Source: an uncultured Chloroflexia bacterium (lineage in GTDB: Bacteria; Chloroflexota; Limnocylindria; Limnocylindrales; CSP1-4). From it: a stretch of DNA of 64,000 bases. Below are positions 22,264 to 31,707 of the stretch, one piece after another. The stretch lies in contig CAVVCZ010000002.1 in assembly GCA_963746845.1 (NCBI GenBank), positions 64,001 to 128,000 on the forward strand. The letters run 5' to 3'. The first letter of the stretch is position 1; every line of letters starts with the position of its first letter. The translations under genes were made by a program, and so were the position numbers. The notes below the pieces were generated by a model. That model had not been told where the DNA came from. It ran no database searches and saw only the letters and a list, made by a program, of their open reading frames with translations.

Positions 22264-24694
22264 TCAGTCCAGCCCGGCGTTGCGGGCCATTACGGCGATC
22301 TCGACGCGCGTTCGCGCGCCGAGCTTCGACTTGATGTTGGCGACGTGGGTCGACGCCGTCTTCTTGCTGATGACGAATGACTCCGCGATCTCGCCGTCCG
22401 ACATCCCGGAGGCAACGAGCGCGATGACCTCGACCTCGCGCGGCGTGAGGTCGAATCGACCGATCGAGGGCCTCGCCACGGGCGGTCGGTCTTCGAGATC
22501 GACAGAATCGACCTCGGTCATGGCGAGATCAAGAGCCTCTTCGAGGCCCCGCGCCTCTCCGATCACCCAGTGCCGATGAAACCGGACCGGACCGAGCGCC
22601 TTCTGGGCGCTCGCGTAACCGGGCTCGATCTTGTCCTTCGCGAAGGGCGGCGACATGTGCGCTCGAGCTCGCTCAATGGCCGCCCAGCTTTCGACCGCCA
22701 CGTGCATCTGCCCGGCGGGCTCAAGCCATTCCGCTGCCGTCGATCAGCGCAAGAACGCGCTCCCGATTGTTGCCTGATGTGGCCGACGATGTCGACGCCA
22801 TCGCGAAGATGCATTCGCGCCACCGCCAGGTCGCCCGCCTGGGCCATCGTCCGAGCCATGGCGAACGTCGACCATGAAACGAGGGCCTTATCGCCTGTCT
22901 CGCTGAAGATCCTCTCGCTTTCGGTGAGTGATTTCATCGCCGCGCCATAGTCGCCGAGGGAACGGTCCAGGAATCCCAGCTGGAGCAGCGCGTACGCCAA
23001 CGCCCACGCGTCCTCCGCCGTCGCGCGCGACGCGGATGGCGTCGTCGAAGCACGTCCGGGCCAGCACAAGCTCGCCGCGGCGGCGGGCGATCTCCCCTTG
23101 CGTGACGCGGATAGCGACCAGCGGCCCCGCAACGCCGGCCCGGAGCGCATGCACCTTCGCCTCATCCAGCCGGGCCGCGATCTGGTCGAAGTCCACAGTC
23201 GCGTCGTCGAGGGCGACGCGGACGAGCCAATGCATCGCCTCGGCCATCCCGAGCTCGTCCAGACACTCGGTTGCTGCGAGCCAGGCTCGCCTCGAACATG
23301 GCGAGGCTGCGCTCCCGGAGCCCCAGCTCTCTGGCCATACAACCCGCCCGACTGAGCAGCCGGGCCCGAATTGCTGGCCGCGCTTTGGGTCCAACATCAC
23401 GCGCCGTCTCGAGCCAAGACAGGCCTTCGCGGATCCCGCCTGCGCTGTACCAGAATCGGTCCTCGAGCGCCGCAGCGAGCCGGGCAAGGGAGTCGGCGTC
23501 TCCCGTCCCGTGGGCCCAGGCAAGGGCCGCTCGCAGGTTCGCCTGATCGGCGACGAGCTGGCGCATTCGCGGGATCTGCTCCGCCGCGCGCGTCGATCGA
23601 TCCGCGTCCTCCGCCATCGCCAGGAAGTACGCGAGGTGACGGTCGCGAACGACCTTCGTCCTCACCGGGCTCAACCGGTCGAGGGCGAACTCCCGGATGG
23701 TTTCGAGCAACCCGAATCGCGGTTCCCCATCGGGACCGGGCCGGACGGTCACGAGGCTGTGGTCGACCATGCGCTCGAGCATCGACATCGGCGTCGGCGC
23801 CCCGTGTGTCCGCCGGCCATCGGCAACGACCGCCTCGCAGGCCGCGAGGGTGAATCCACCGACGAAGACGCCGAGGGCCGCAAAGAACTGCTGCTCCAGG
23901 CTGCCGAGGAGCTTGACGCTCCACTCGATCGTGGCGCGGACGGTCTGTTGTCGGAGCGGGACGTCGAGCGGCCCATCGCTCAGCAGCGGAAGCAGCGGCT
24001 GGAGCTGGACAAGCAGGGAGGCCGGCGACCGGGACCGGGTGCGCGCGGCCGCGAGCTCGATGGCGAGCGGAAGACCGTCGAGGCGGACGCAGATCTCGGA
24101 GATCGCGCGGGCGTTCTCGTCAGTGAATGCGAAGCGCGGATCCATCGACCGCGCTCGCTCCACGAACAGGCGGACGGCGTCGACCTGTTCCAGCCGGCCG
24201 AGCGATCCCAGGTCCTCATCGCGCGGTAGCGCCATCGAACCGAGTCGGTACAGCTGCTCACCCTGGACGTGGAGAGCCGCACGGCTCGTCGCGAGGACGA
24301 TCAGGGTCGGCCAGCGCGTCATCAGTCGGGCGATGATCGGGGCTGCCGCCGGAAGCTGCTCGAGGTTGTCGAGAATCAGGCGAATCCGTCGGTGACCAAA
24401 CTGCTCGGGAAGCGTTTCGCTCAGGTCGCCCTCAACCGGCTCCCCGACACCCAGAGCCGTCGCGATCGTCGCCAGAATCAAGTCTGGGTCTGTGATTGGG
24501 GCGAGGTCAACGAAGACGAACCCAGCGTCGTCGTCGGACTGGTTCGCGGCGAGTTCGATCGCCAGGCGTGTCTTGCCGCTGCCACCGGGCCCGGTCACCG
24601 TGACGAGACGACCGGTATTGAGCAGTCCGGCCAGGGCGACGAGATCCAGGTCGCGTCCGATGAAGGACGACACGGGCGAGGGGAGGCCGTTCAT
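22264..24694 (-). CDS. ATPase-TPR-LuxR transcriptional regulator (several frameshifts)
   Basis: LPSPVSSFIGR, GPGGSGKTRLA, LDNLE, LDGLPLAIELAA and C-terminal LTPREVEV..TASTHVANIKSKLG, split over four ORFs. Confidence 0.85.
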
Positions 24695-24965
24695 CCTGAC
24701 CAGGCTGGCCCAGTGCTCGGTCCTGGCTCGATCGTTCCAACCCGCATTGCTCCGTCCACTGCGTTTGGAGTCTACGCTCGCCTGCGGTCGGCCTCCGGAG
24801 CCGAAGTTCGCAGGTCCGAATCGAGTCGGGCACGCCATGCTGCGTCGGCTCCGAGGTCCAACGACGAGCGAGGTACCGCGACACCCCGGTTCGTCAACAT
24901 GACGGAGCATTGCTGCCATCGATGCGATGTACGCGAGGCGGTGACACCCACACGGGGACGGCCAC

Positions 24966-25182
24966 TTCCCCAACCGGGCCAGCCTCATCCGACTTGTCGG
25001 AATGGTCCTCGCCGAGCAGGACGATGAGTGGCAGGACGGCCGGCGCTACTTCCGGCCCGAGACGATGGCCCTCATCGACGGCGCCATCGATCACGAGGAG
25101 GTGAGCCCAGGGTTGCTGATGGCGAGCTGATCGACCAGGCTCGAGGGTGACGCCCTGTTACACCACGTCCCGGGACTTGACC
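24966..25182 (+). mobile_element. IS256-family remnant (transposase C-terminus plus right end)
   Basis: Hand translation FPNRASLIRLVGMVLAEQDDEWQDGRRYF...* (stop at 25130), followed by TTACACCACGTCCCGGGACTTGAC, resembling IS256-family termini. Confidence 0.8.
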
Positions 25183-25217
25183 CATAGTCATCAGCTCTAC
25201 CGAGCATGCGAACGTCG

Positions 25218-25250
25218 GAAACAGCTGCTCTACCGCTGAGCTATGTCGGC
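25218..25250 (-). repeat. 5' half of tRNA-Thr(CGT), copy C, with about 110 bp flank homologous to 19704-19807
   Basis: 33/33 identical to 19671-19703; flank GCCGATCAAG..TAGCCGATGCT...GTGCTCAGAGCGGTAGCA..CTCGAACAGCTGAT is shared. Confidence 0.93.
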
Positions 25251-25431
25251 GCCGATCAAGGATAGCCGATGCTCAACGCACAGCGGCTGTTCGCCCTCAC
25301 GGGAGCATGCCGGCGATCGTGCTCAGAGCGGTAGCACAGCTGCTCGAACAGCTGATAAGTGTGTCTACGCCGATGACTGTCGGGCACCCTTGAGAGGTCC
25401 CGAACCGCACGACCGTTCGATCTAGGCGCAA

Positions 25432-25827
25432 TCAGCGCGGGGCGACGGCGGCCAGCCCGATGAGCGCCGCCCCCTCGATCATCCGATCGTCGTAGGTCAC
25501 GATCGTGTCGAGGTCGTCACCTAGCGTCAGAGCGGTCGCGAGATGGATGGCATCGAGCGTGCGCAGTATTCGAGGCTCGAGGATGCCGGCCGCATCGAGG
25601 ATCCGATCGTCGATGGCGATCAGGTCGACACGCCGAAGGCCCTCGCGGGCGATGGCGAGAGCGTCAGGCCCCAGGTGGCGGACCGCTCGGAGGGCTTCGG
25701 CCCGGAGGAGGGAAGACGACACGCGGCGAGCCTCGTGCGTCGCGAGGAATGCTCGGAGCTCGGTCGACTGCGCCTCGGTGACGACCAGCTTGACGAACGC
25801 CGAGCTATCGAGATAGACGGCCTTCAA
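25432..25827 (-). CDS. vapC: VapC PIN-domain toxin
   Basis: YLDSSAFVKL, LRTLDAIHLATA, VTYDDR. Confidence 0.92.
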   Translation of the reverse strand: MKAVYLDSSAFVKLVVTEAQSTELRAFLATHEARRVSSSLLRAEALRAVRHLGPDALAIAREGLRRVDLIAIDDRILDAAGILEPRILRTLDAIHLATALTLGDDLDTIVTYDDRMIEGAALIGLAAVAPR

Positions 25828-26087
25828 TCCGTCCGCGCCTTCGACACGAGGTCGGACGGAGCGGGTGAATCGGCCGGCAGCTGGACCGTGGGGAGGTCGA
25901 GCAGGTCAGCCTCGGCGCGACGCAGCAGTCCTTCGCGCTCGAGCTTGGCCAGACCGGTTGGCATCGATCGCAGCAGGACCGCGACCGGACGTCCTCGATC
26001 AGTGACCTCGATCGTCTCGCCCGCGGCGACTCTTCGCAGGATGGCACTGGCCTGACGCCGAAGCTCGCGCACACCGACACGTTCCAT
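25824..26087 (-). CDS. vapB: Phd/YefM-family antitoxin
   Basis: MERVGVRELR..AS.ILRRV..GETIEVTDRGRPVA; overlaps vapC by 4 nt. Confidence 0.9.
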   Translation of the reverse strand: MERVGVRELRRQASAILRRVAAGETIEVTDRGRPVAVLLRSMPTGLAKLEREGLLRRAEADLLDLPTVQLPADSPAPSDLVSKARTD

Positions 26088-26104
26088 GTGCGACATAGTA
26101 GCAC
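26088..26104. promoter_or_regulatory. Probable TA autoregulatory operator
   Basis: Imperfect palindrome GTGCGAC-ATA-GTAGCAC directly next to the antitoxin start. Confidence 0.55.
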
Positions 26105-26213
26105 TTGTCAGGACGACGTGGCGTAAGCGGGTGTCACTCCGGAGACCCCAATCCTTCCGGGGGGAGCACGGGCTCCCCCTCGGATTGAAGCGTGCCTTGC
26201 GTCGTGTGGCCGA

Positions 26214-27176
26214 TCAGGGAGACGGGGACGCGCCCGATGGGGACGGACTGGTTGCCGGCGGTTCGATCTTGATGGAAGCGACGATGGCCTCGAGCTCGGC
26301 CAGCTCCTCGGCAGAGCTGCTCGCCTGATGCCTGGCAACGACGGCGAAGCGATCGCCGGCGACGTCGACGACATAGACGACATCGGTCGAACCGACGGCA
26401 CTGCAGCACAGGCCGCCGGACTCATCCGGGCCCGGGTCCGGCCAGAACCTGATGATTCCCCCGTCGCATTTCGTGACATCGAGGTCGGCCGGGACGGTCA
26501 ACTCGATCCGCTTGGCCGGGAAGCCCCCCAGGGTGACGTCGGTGGCGGCCGACGCGACCCGGCCCTTCTGCGCCACCAGCAAGCTCGCAAGCTCATCGAT
26601 CGTCGTTCCGGCGTCGACCAGCGTCGCATCGTGATGGCAGGCGTCGGTGTAGACATGAGTGACGGTCCAGATAGCGAGTAGGACCTCGCCAGATCCAGTG
26701 AACGGCGGCATGCTCGCCGCAGCGGCCACGCGATTCCTATAGACGAATACTCCTCCCTCAGCCGTCGCCCATCCCTCGGGTACGGTGACGGTGAACCGCG
26801 CTCCCCCCACGGGCGTGTAGTACGCAATCCAATCATACGTCCCCGGTTCGAGGGCGCCAGCCGCGGGGAGGAGCGACGGTGACGGGCTCGGCGCGAGAGT
26901 GGCCGACGGCGCCGGCGTCGGGCCGGAGCCGGGGCCGGTGCCCGGTGTGAAGACGGTCAGGGCCGCGAAGCCGACGATCGCGACGACCGCGATCCCGGCG
27001 GCGAGCCGCAGCGGAACGGACATTGGTGGGGTCCTCCACGGGATCCGGAGATCCCGCGATTGTGGTGTCGTCTTGATGGCCAGGAAGACGGCGTCGACCA
27101 CCGGCCGAGGGGTCCGGTCGGACCCGTCTGCCAGCCAGTCGTCCACGGCGCGTTCGAAGGCTCGGTCGTCGCTCAT
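26214..27176 (-). CDS. Membrane-anchored anti-sigma-like protein
   Basis: ATGA overlap with the ECF gene; MSDDRAFERAVDDWLADG, TM helix, Pro linker, LEPGTY...IVASI domain. Confidence 0.75.
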   Translation of the reverse strand: MSDDRAFERAVDDWLADGSDRTPRPVVDAVFLAIKTTPQSRDLRIPWRTPPMSVPLRLAAGIAVVAIVGFAALTVFTPGTGPGSGPTPAPSATLAPSPSPSLLPAAGALEPGTYDWIAYYTPVGGARFTVTVPEGWATAEGGVFVYRNRVAAAASMPPFTGSGEVLLAIWTVTHVYTDACHHDATLVDAGTTIDELASLLVAQKGRVASAATDVTLGGFPAKRIELTVPADLDVTKCDGGIIRFWPDPGPDESGGLCCSAVGSTDVVYVVDVAGDRFAVVARHQASSSAEELAELEAIVASIKIEPPATSPSPSGASPSP

Positions 27177-27727
27177 GACAGTCGCCCTTCCTGGACCTTG
27201 ATCGGCGCCCGGCCCGCCTCGAAAGCGGACCGAAGTGCGCGGGTGGCGTAGTGCAGTCGCGAGCGGGCGGTTCCGTCGGGGATGCCGAGCGTCTCGGCCA
27301 CTGCCACGAGGGGCAGGCCCACGTGGTGGTGGAGGACGAACACCGCCCGCTGGTCGAGCGGTAGCCGGCGGAAAGCCTGCTCCAACTCGTCGCGATTGGA
27401 GATCGATTGGTAAGGGTCCACGTCGTCCGCCCGATCGATTGGGAGAACGCGCACGGTCGATGCCCATCTCCGGTTGTGCGGAGCAACCGCGTAGCAAGCG
27501 TTGACGAGGATCCGGTAGGCCCATGCCTCGAAGCGGTCTGGCTCCCGCAGATTCGGCAGCTTCCGCCAAATGGTCACAAGGGCGTTCTGCAGAACGTCCT
27601 CGGCGAGGCCGGGATCGCGCAGGATGCGTCGAGCGATCCCGAACAGCGTGTCGCTGACCTGGTGCACCAGATCCTCGAATGCCGCCTGGTCGCCCGAGCG
27701 CGCCCGCTCGACGAGGTCTCGGTCCAT
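27173..27727 (-). CDS. ECF RNA polymerase sigma factor
   Basis: LVERARSGD..AF, AEDVLQ, FEAWAYRI, GIPDGTARSRLH. Confidence 0.93.
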   Translation of the reverse strand: MDRDLVERARSGDQAAFEDLVHQVSDTLFGIARRILRDPGLAEDVLQNALVTIWRKLPNLREPDRFEAWAYRILVNACYAVAPHNRRWASTVRVLPIDRADDVDPYQSISNRDELEQAFRRLPLDQRAVFVLHHHVGLPLVAVAETLGIPDGTARSRLHYATRALRSAFEAGRAPIKVQEGRLS

Positions 27728-27948
27728 GGGTCTCCGGCGATCAGCCGTGGTCGAGACGACCGCGGTCTATCGAGCATGAGGGTACGGAGCGCCGGAATCG
27801 TTCAGTGCGGGTAGTCAGGGTCGGCTCGGACGCTAGCGGCCCGGAGCGTCGATCCTGGGCGGACCACCCCAAGAATCGAATAGCTGATAAGTGTGCCCGT
27901 GTGTATCGGGCCGCCACTCGGGGTAGCACTGCGCACAGGGCGGGAGAC

Positions 27949-27985
27949 TTACGAAACAGCTGCTCTACCGCTGAGCTATGTCGGC
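27949..27985 (-). repeat. 5' half of tRNA-Thr(CGT), copy D
   Basis: 37/37 identical to 19667-19703; preceded by about 130 bp homologous to the sequence before copy B. Confidence 0.95.
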
Positions 27986-28080
27986 GCCGCCCACGAATAG
28001 CCGATGGTCACAGACATCCGCCCGACACCGCCCGGTCGCTCGACGCCGGGTGTCGTGCGTCGTTGCCGTCGAGGACGGGC

Positions 28081-28125
28081 TTGACACGGCCCCGACAACG
28101 TCGTATATATCGACCATCGATATAT
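28081..28125 (+). promoter_or_regulatory. Sigma70 promoter with overlapping palindromic (PadR) operator
   Basis: TTGACA (28081)-17 bp-TATATA (28104); perfect inverted repeat ATATATCGA-CCA-TCGATATAT at 28105-28125. Confidence 0.8.
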
Positions 28126-28150
28126 CGACGATCGTAAGAGTGGCAACCCG

Positions 28151-28474
28151 ATGGAAGCCAGGATCCCCGAATTCGGACGGTTCACCGAACCGTCCCTGCT
28201 CATCCTCGTCAGCCTGAGTGACGGGCCGAAGCACGGCTACGCCATCATGCAGGACGTCGAGCGGGGCACCGGCCGGCCCATGGGCCCCGGGACGCTGTAC
28301 GCGGCCCTCGTGCGCCTCGAGGAACAGGGCCTGATCGAGGCCTTGACGCCGGAAGAACGACGCCGGCCCTACCGACTGACCGCGGTCGGGGCGACGAACC
28401 TCGCGCAGCAGCTCAGGGATCTCTCGGCCTTCGCCCAACGGGGTCTCAGCCAGCTCGGCGAGCCCGAGCCATGA
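28151..28474 (+). CDS. PadR family transcriptional regulator
   Basis: LILVSL..GPKHGYAI, GPGTLY.AL.RLE..GLI, RRRPYRLT. Confidence 0.93.
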   Translation: MEARIPEFGRFTEPSLLILVSLSDGPKHGYAIMQDVERGTGRPMGPGTLYAALVRLEEQGLIEALTPEERRRPYRLTAVGATNLAQQLRDLSAFAQRGLSQLGEPEP

Positions 28475-29229
28475 GTTCCCTCCTCATCCGTCTCTACCCG
28501 GCCCGCTGGCGCGCCCGGTACGGCGACGAATTCGAGGTCCTCCTCGAAGAGCGGCCGCTCGGACCGTACGACGTGGCGGACATCCTCCTCGGCGCCCTCG
28601 ACGCGCACCTCCGGCTGCGTGGACAGGGAGCCGGCGTTCGTGAAGGAAGGAGTTTCTCCATGTCGCTCCGGATCGGTGGCATCGCCGCAATCGTCGGCGC
28701 TTCTCTGATCGTCATCGTCATCGCCTTGACCGGCGGCCACGCCGAAGCCTCCGAGAATGCCCCCTCGATCGCGCTGCTCGTCGCGTTGGCCGCTTTCCTG
28801 GTGGCGCTCACCGGGATGAGCGCGTTCCAGGCTCGTTCGAATCCGTGGCTTGTCTGGACCGCGTTCGGGTTGACGGCCGTCGGGACGCTTGTCATCTTCA
28901 TCGCGGGCCTCAGGGATCTCGCCGGCCTCGGCCCAACGGATTGGCGGGACGGCCTTCTCCCCATCGGAGCAGTCACTGCGGCCCTTGGCTCGGCGACGTT
29001 CGGGATCGCGACGTACCGCGTATCCGTTCTCTCGCGCAAGGGGGCATTGGCCCTCGCGATCGGCCCGTTGGTCGGGCTCATTGGCGCCATCGCCGTGGGT
29101 CAGGATCTGTGGGGGCTCGGCATGCTCCTCCTCCTCGTCGGGATCGTCGGCTTCCTGGCCGGTTGGTTCACGCTCGGCGTGGCGGCGATTCGTCTGGATC
29201 GAGGATCGTCGGCGCTCAGGTCCGCCTGA
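28471..29229 (+). CDS. PadR-associated membrane protein
   Basis: LIRLYPARWRARYGDEF N-terminus followed by about six TM helices. Confidence 0.8.
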   Translation: MSSLLIRLYPARWRARYGDEFEVLLEERPLGPYDVADILLGALDAHLRLRGQGAGVREGRSFSMSLRIGGIAAIVGASLIVIVIALTGGHAEASENAPSIALLVALAAFLVALTGMSAFQARSNPWLVWTAFGLTAVGTLVIFIAGLRDLAGLGPTDWRDGLLPIGAVTAALGSATFGIATYRVSVLSRKGALALAIGPLVGLIGAIAVGQDLWGLGMLLLLVGIVGFLAGWFTLGVAAIRLDRGSSALRSA

Positions 29230-29302
29230 GGCGCGAAGCTCGAGAAATCCGTAGCCGATCTGAAGGTCGCCGTCAGCCGGCGGGTTCGAACTTGAATGCC
29301 GC

Positions 29303-30625
29303 TCAGCAGGCGCCGGGCTCTTCGCTCTCGGGCGGCGCGCTGTACCCCGGAACTGCATAGTCGTTCCCACTCGAGTCCTGCCAGACGCAGACTTCGTCGA
29401 CGGTTCCGTTCCGCCGCACGTGGAGCTTGGCGGCCACGTGGCTGGCGCTACCGTCCGGGGAGTCACCGCACGCGTAGGTGATGTCCCAGCCGTCGCCCCG
29501 CGCCTTGGGTTCGATCCACGCCAACGCGCCCGGCCCCTGCGTGTCGCTTGCCTGGAACCCACTCAGATACGGATGGGTCTCTGCGACCGCGGCGAGCGCC
29601 TCATCGAGCGAGTCGATCGGCGGTGTGACCTCGTCCTCGATCGGCGGCCGTCCCTTCGACGAAGGATGAAGCCACCCCACATCCGGGGCATAGTCGGTCG
29701 CCACGACCCGGCCGTCGACGATCACGGATGCCCATGCGTAGTAGCGCGCAGGCAGGCGCGCGAGCGTGCGCGCAAGCACTTCTGCGCGACTGGGGCTGCT
29801 ACCCGCAACGTCGCCTCCGCCGCCGAACTCGAGCTGCGCCCCCGCCAGGCCCCGCATCCAGGTCGGTGGGTTGCCGTACGGATGACTTGGGCCCGAGTGA
29901 TGGGACGGTGAACAGGACGGGCCCTTGCTGGCCTCGTTCTGCGCGGCCGGAAAGAGGGCGCCGAAGAAGGTATCGCCGACCATCGGCGTCTTGACGATCC
30001 CCTGCGGGGACTCGAAGTAGTCAAGCGAGTTCAGGACCGATGACTCCGTTCGACCGGTGTGGAGGTCGGTGATCCACGCACGGTGTGGCAACTCCTCGGC
30101 GGGTCCTGGGATGTTGTCCATTCCGAACCGCCGGTCCCCAATACCGTCGCCGTCGTCGTCGACGACGAGTCCGTACGCGATCCACTGCTCGGTCGGATCC
30201 ACCTTCGGCGCCCCGGGGACGGAGACCACCACGGCGTTGTTGTGCCCGAACCCCACCCGGCGGATGTCGACCCACGGGAACGCACCGGACTCGGTGTCGC
30301 CCGTTGGATCCGCGTAGTCCTCGCCTTCAACGGAGATCGGCACGATGGTCGCGGGTTCGGCGGGCTCGGTCCGGACCGGCGCCGGCCAATCCTCCTTCAG
30401 GCTTGCCTGGGTCCAGATCACCGGGGCCGCCGTCGGGCTCGGGCGGGTCGACGCAGCGGCGGACGGCCGGACCACGCTCGGCGCGGCCGCGGTCGAGGCC
30501 TGCGCCTTCGAGGCGGGGTTTGGGGTCTCCGCTTCCTGCCCGGCTGTGCACGCGGTTGTCAGGATCGCGGCAACCACGACCGCAGCGGCCATCGGCGACA
30601 CAGATCGGCTGAACGAGCGCTTCAT
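29303..30625 (-). CDS. Lipoprotein of unknown function
   Basis: Lipobox LTTAC, Pro/Ala linker, DPTGD and DDDGDGIGD motifs; GGAAGGA RBS. Confidence 0.75.
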   Translation of the reverse strand: MKRSFSRSVSPMAAAVVVAAILTTACTAGQEAETPNPASKAQASTAAAPSVVRPSAAASTRPSPTAAPVIWTQASLKEDWPAPVRTEPAEPATIVPISVEGEDYADPTGDTESGAFPWVDIRRVGFGHNNAVVVSVPGAPKVDPTEQWIAYGLVVDDDGDGIGDRRFGMDNIPGPAEELPHRAWITDLHTGRTESSVLNSLDYFESPQGIVKTPMVGDTFFGALFPAAQNEASKGPSCSPSHHSGPSHPYGNPPTWMRGLAGAQLEFGGGGDVAGSSPSRAEVLARTLARLPARYYAWASVIVDGRVVATDYAPDVGWLHPSSKGRPPIEDEVTPPIDSLDEALAAVAETHPYLSGFQASDTQGPGALAWIEPKARGDGWDITYACGDSPDGSASHVAAKLHVRRNGTVDEVCVWQDSSGNDYAVPGYSAPPESEEPGAC

Positions 30626-30648
30626 GTCCTTCCTTCCACGTGCGGCGG

Positions 30649-31707
30649 TCATGGGTTAGCCGATGGGCCGCTGCCCGGAGCACGGAGATTGGTCTCTTGG
30701 GTCTGCTCCGGACGCGCACTGGGTGGCGTTGCCGAACAGATCGGATCACGGGCACACCGGTACGCCTCGAGCTCCTCGATCGGAACGGACGCGACGCCCA
30801 CGGGTGCTGTCAGGTCGAAGAGCGCCGCCGGCTGCTCGCCGAACGTGATCTCCGTGACCTCGATGGTTTGGAACTGGCCCGGGATGGGCTGATCGGCATC
30901 GTCGACCAGCGGCGCCCGGGCGCGGAGGATCAGCCGCGTCTCGACATCGAGCCAGAGGTCGCCGCCGCCACACGTGAACTGGTGGGCGGGGCGCCCGGCA
31001 ACGGATTCGACGCCGACGTACCGCCAGCCCGTCGCGGCAGTCCCGCTGCCGGCTTCGTCGGGGTCGCGAGTCAGCTCGCAGCCCGGCAGCCGGTCGAACG
31101 TGATCCCGCCGAGCCCGAGCCCGGAGTGGATGTACCCCCGGGGGTCCTCGCCGATGGCCTCGGGGTTCACGACCCAGACCTTCTCCGACCCGACGGTCTC
31201 CAGTGAGCCGACGCTCATGCCGCTGAGGATGCGGTACGTCTCAGGCTTCGTCGCATCGGCCGACGCGAACCGCTCGAAGCGGACCGCACCCGACCGATCC
31301 ACATACATGCGGCTCTTGACTGAACCGTTGTCGATCCGCGTCATCGCGAGCGGCGGCAGCTCCGGCAGCCGATCGTAGCTGGAGAGGACGAACGCCTGGA
31401 CGTCAGCTGGCGGCTCGATGCTCAGCTCGGTGATTGCATCCCGTTGGAGGAGGCGCAGCGCCCCGACCGCCGCGGCACTCGCGAACGCCAGCGCGACCAG
31501 CAGTGCGGCAGCGATGAGGACCATCCGCCGCTGGGCGATCGGGTCCGCGTCGCTGAGCGCGCCGAGGAACGAAGGCATGGCCCGCTGCCGGGTGGTGGTC
31601 CCGGCTGCCACGAGAACCCGCTCGCGCAGGCCGGCCTGGGCGCGTTCCGGAACGTGGGCACGAAGCGCCCTGGAGATCTGGGCGTCGGTCAGGCGTGGAG
31701 CGTTCAT
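30649..31707 (-). CDS. Membrane-anchored anti-sigma-like protein
   Basis: ATGA overlap with the ECF gene; DAQISRALRAHVPERA, TM helix, extracellular domain with LWLDVETRLILR (LolA/RseB-like pattern). Confidence 0.7.
   Translation of the reverse strand: MNAPRLTDAQISRALRAHVPERAQAGLRERVLVAAGTTTRQRAMPSFLGALSDADPIAQRRMVLIAAALLVALAFASAAAVGALRLLQRDAITELSIEPPADVQAFVLSSYDRLPELPPLAMTRIDNGSVKSRMYVDRSGAVRFERFASADATKPETYRILSGMSVGSLETVGSEKVWVVNPEAIGEDPRGYIHSGLGLGGITFDRLPGCELTRDPDEAGSGTAATGWRYVGVESVAGRPAHQFTCGGGDLWLDVETRLILRARAPLVDDADQPIPGQFQTIEVTEITFGEQPAALFDLTAPVGVASVPIEELEAYRCARDPICSATPPSARPEQTQETNLRAPGSGPSANP

Larger units (their letters stand above)
25214..27955. mobile_element. Putative integrase-free cassette 2 (VapBC plus ECF pair)
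   Basis: Left end matches 19671-19807 and right end matches about 21599-21737. Confidence 0.65.

Noticed and set aside
21731-27985. tRNA halves as additional functional or trans-spliced tRNA genes
   Set aside because: They lack the T arm and the 3' acceptor strand; att-like flanks explain them better, and I see no complementary splicing leaders.
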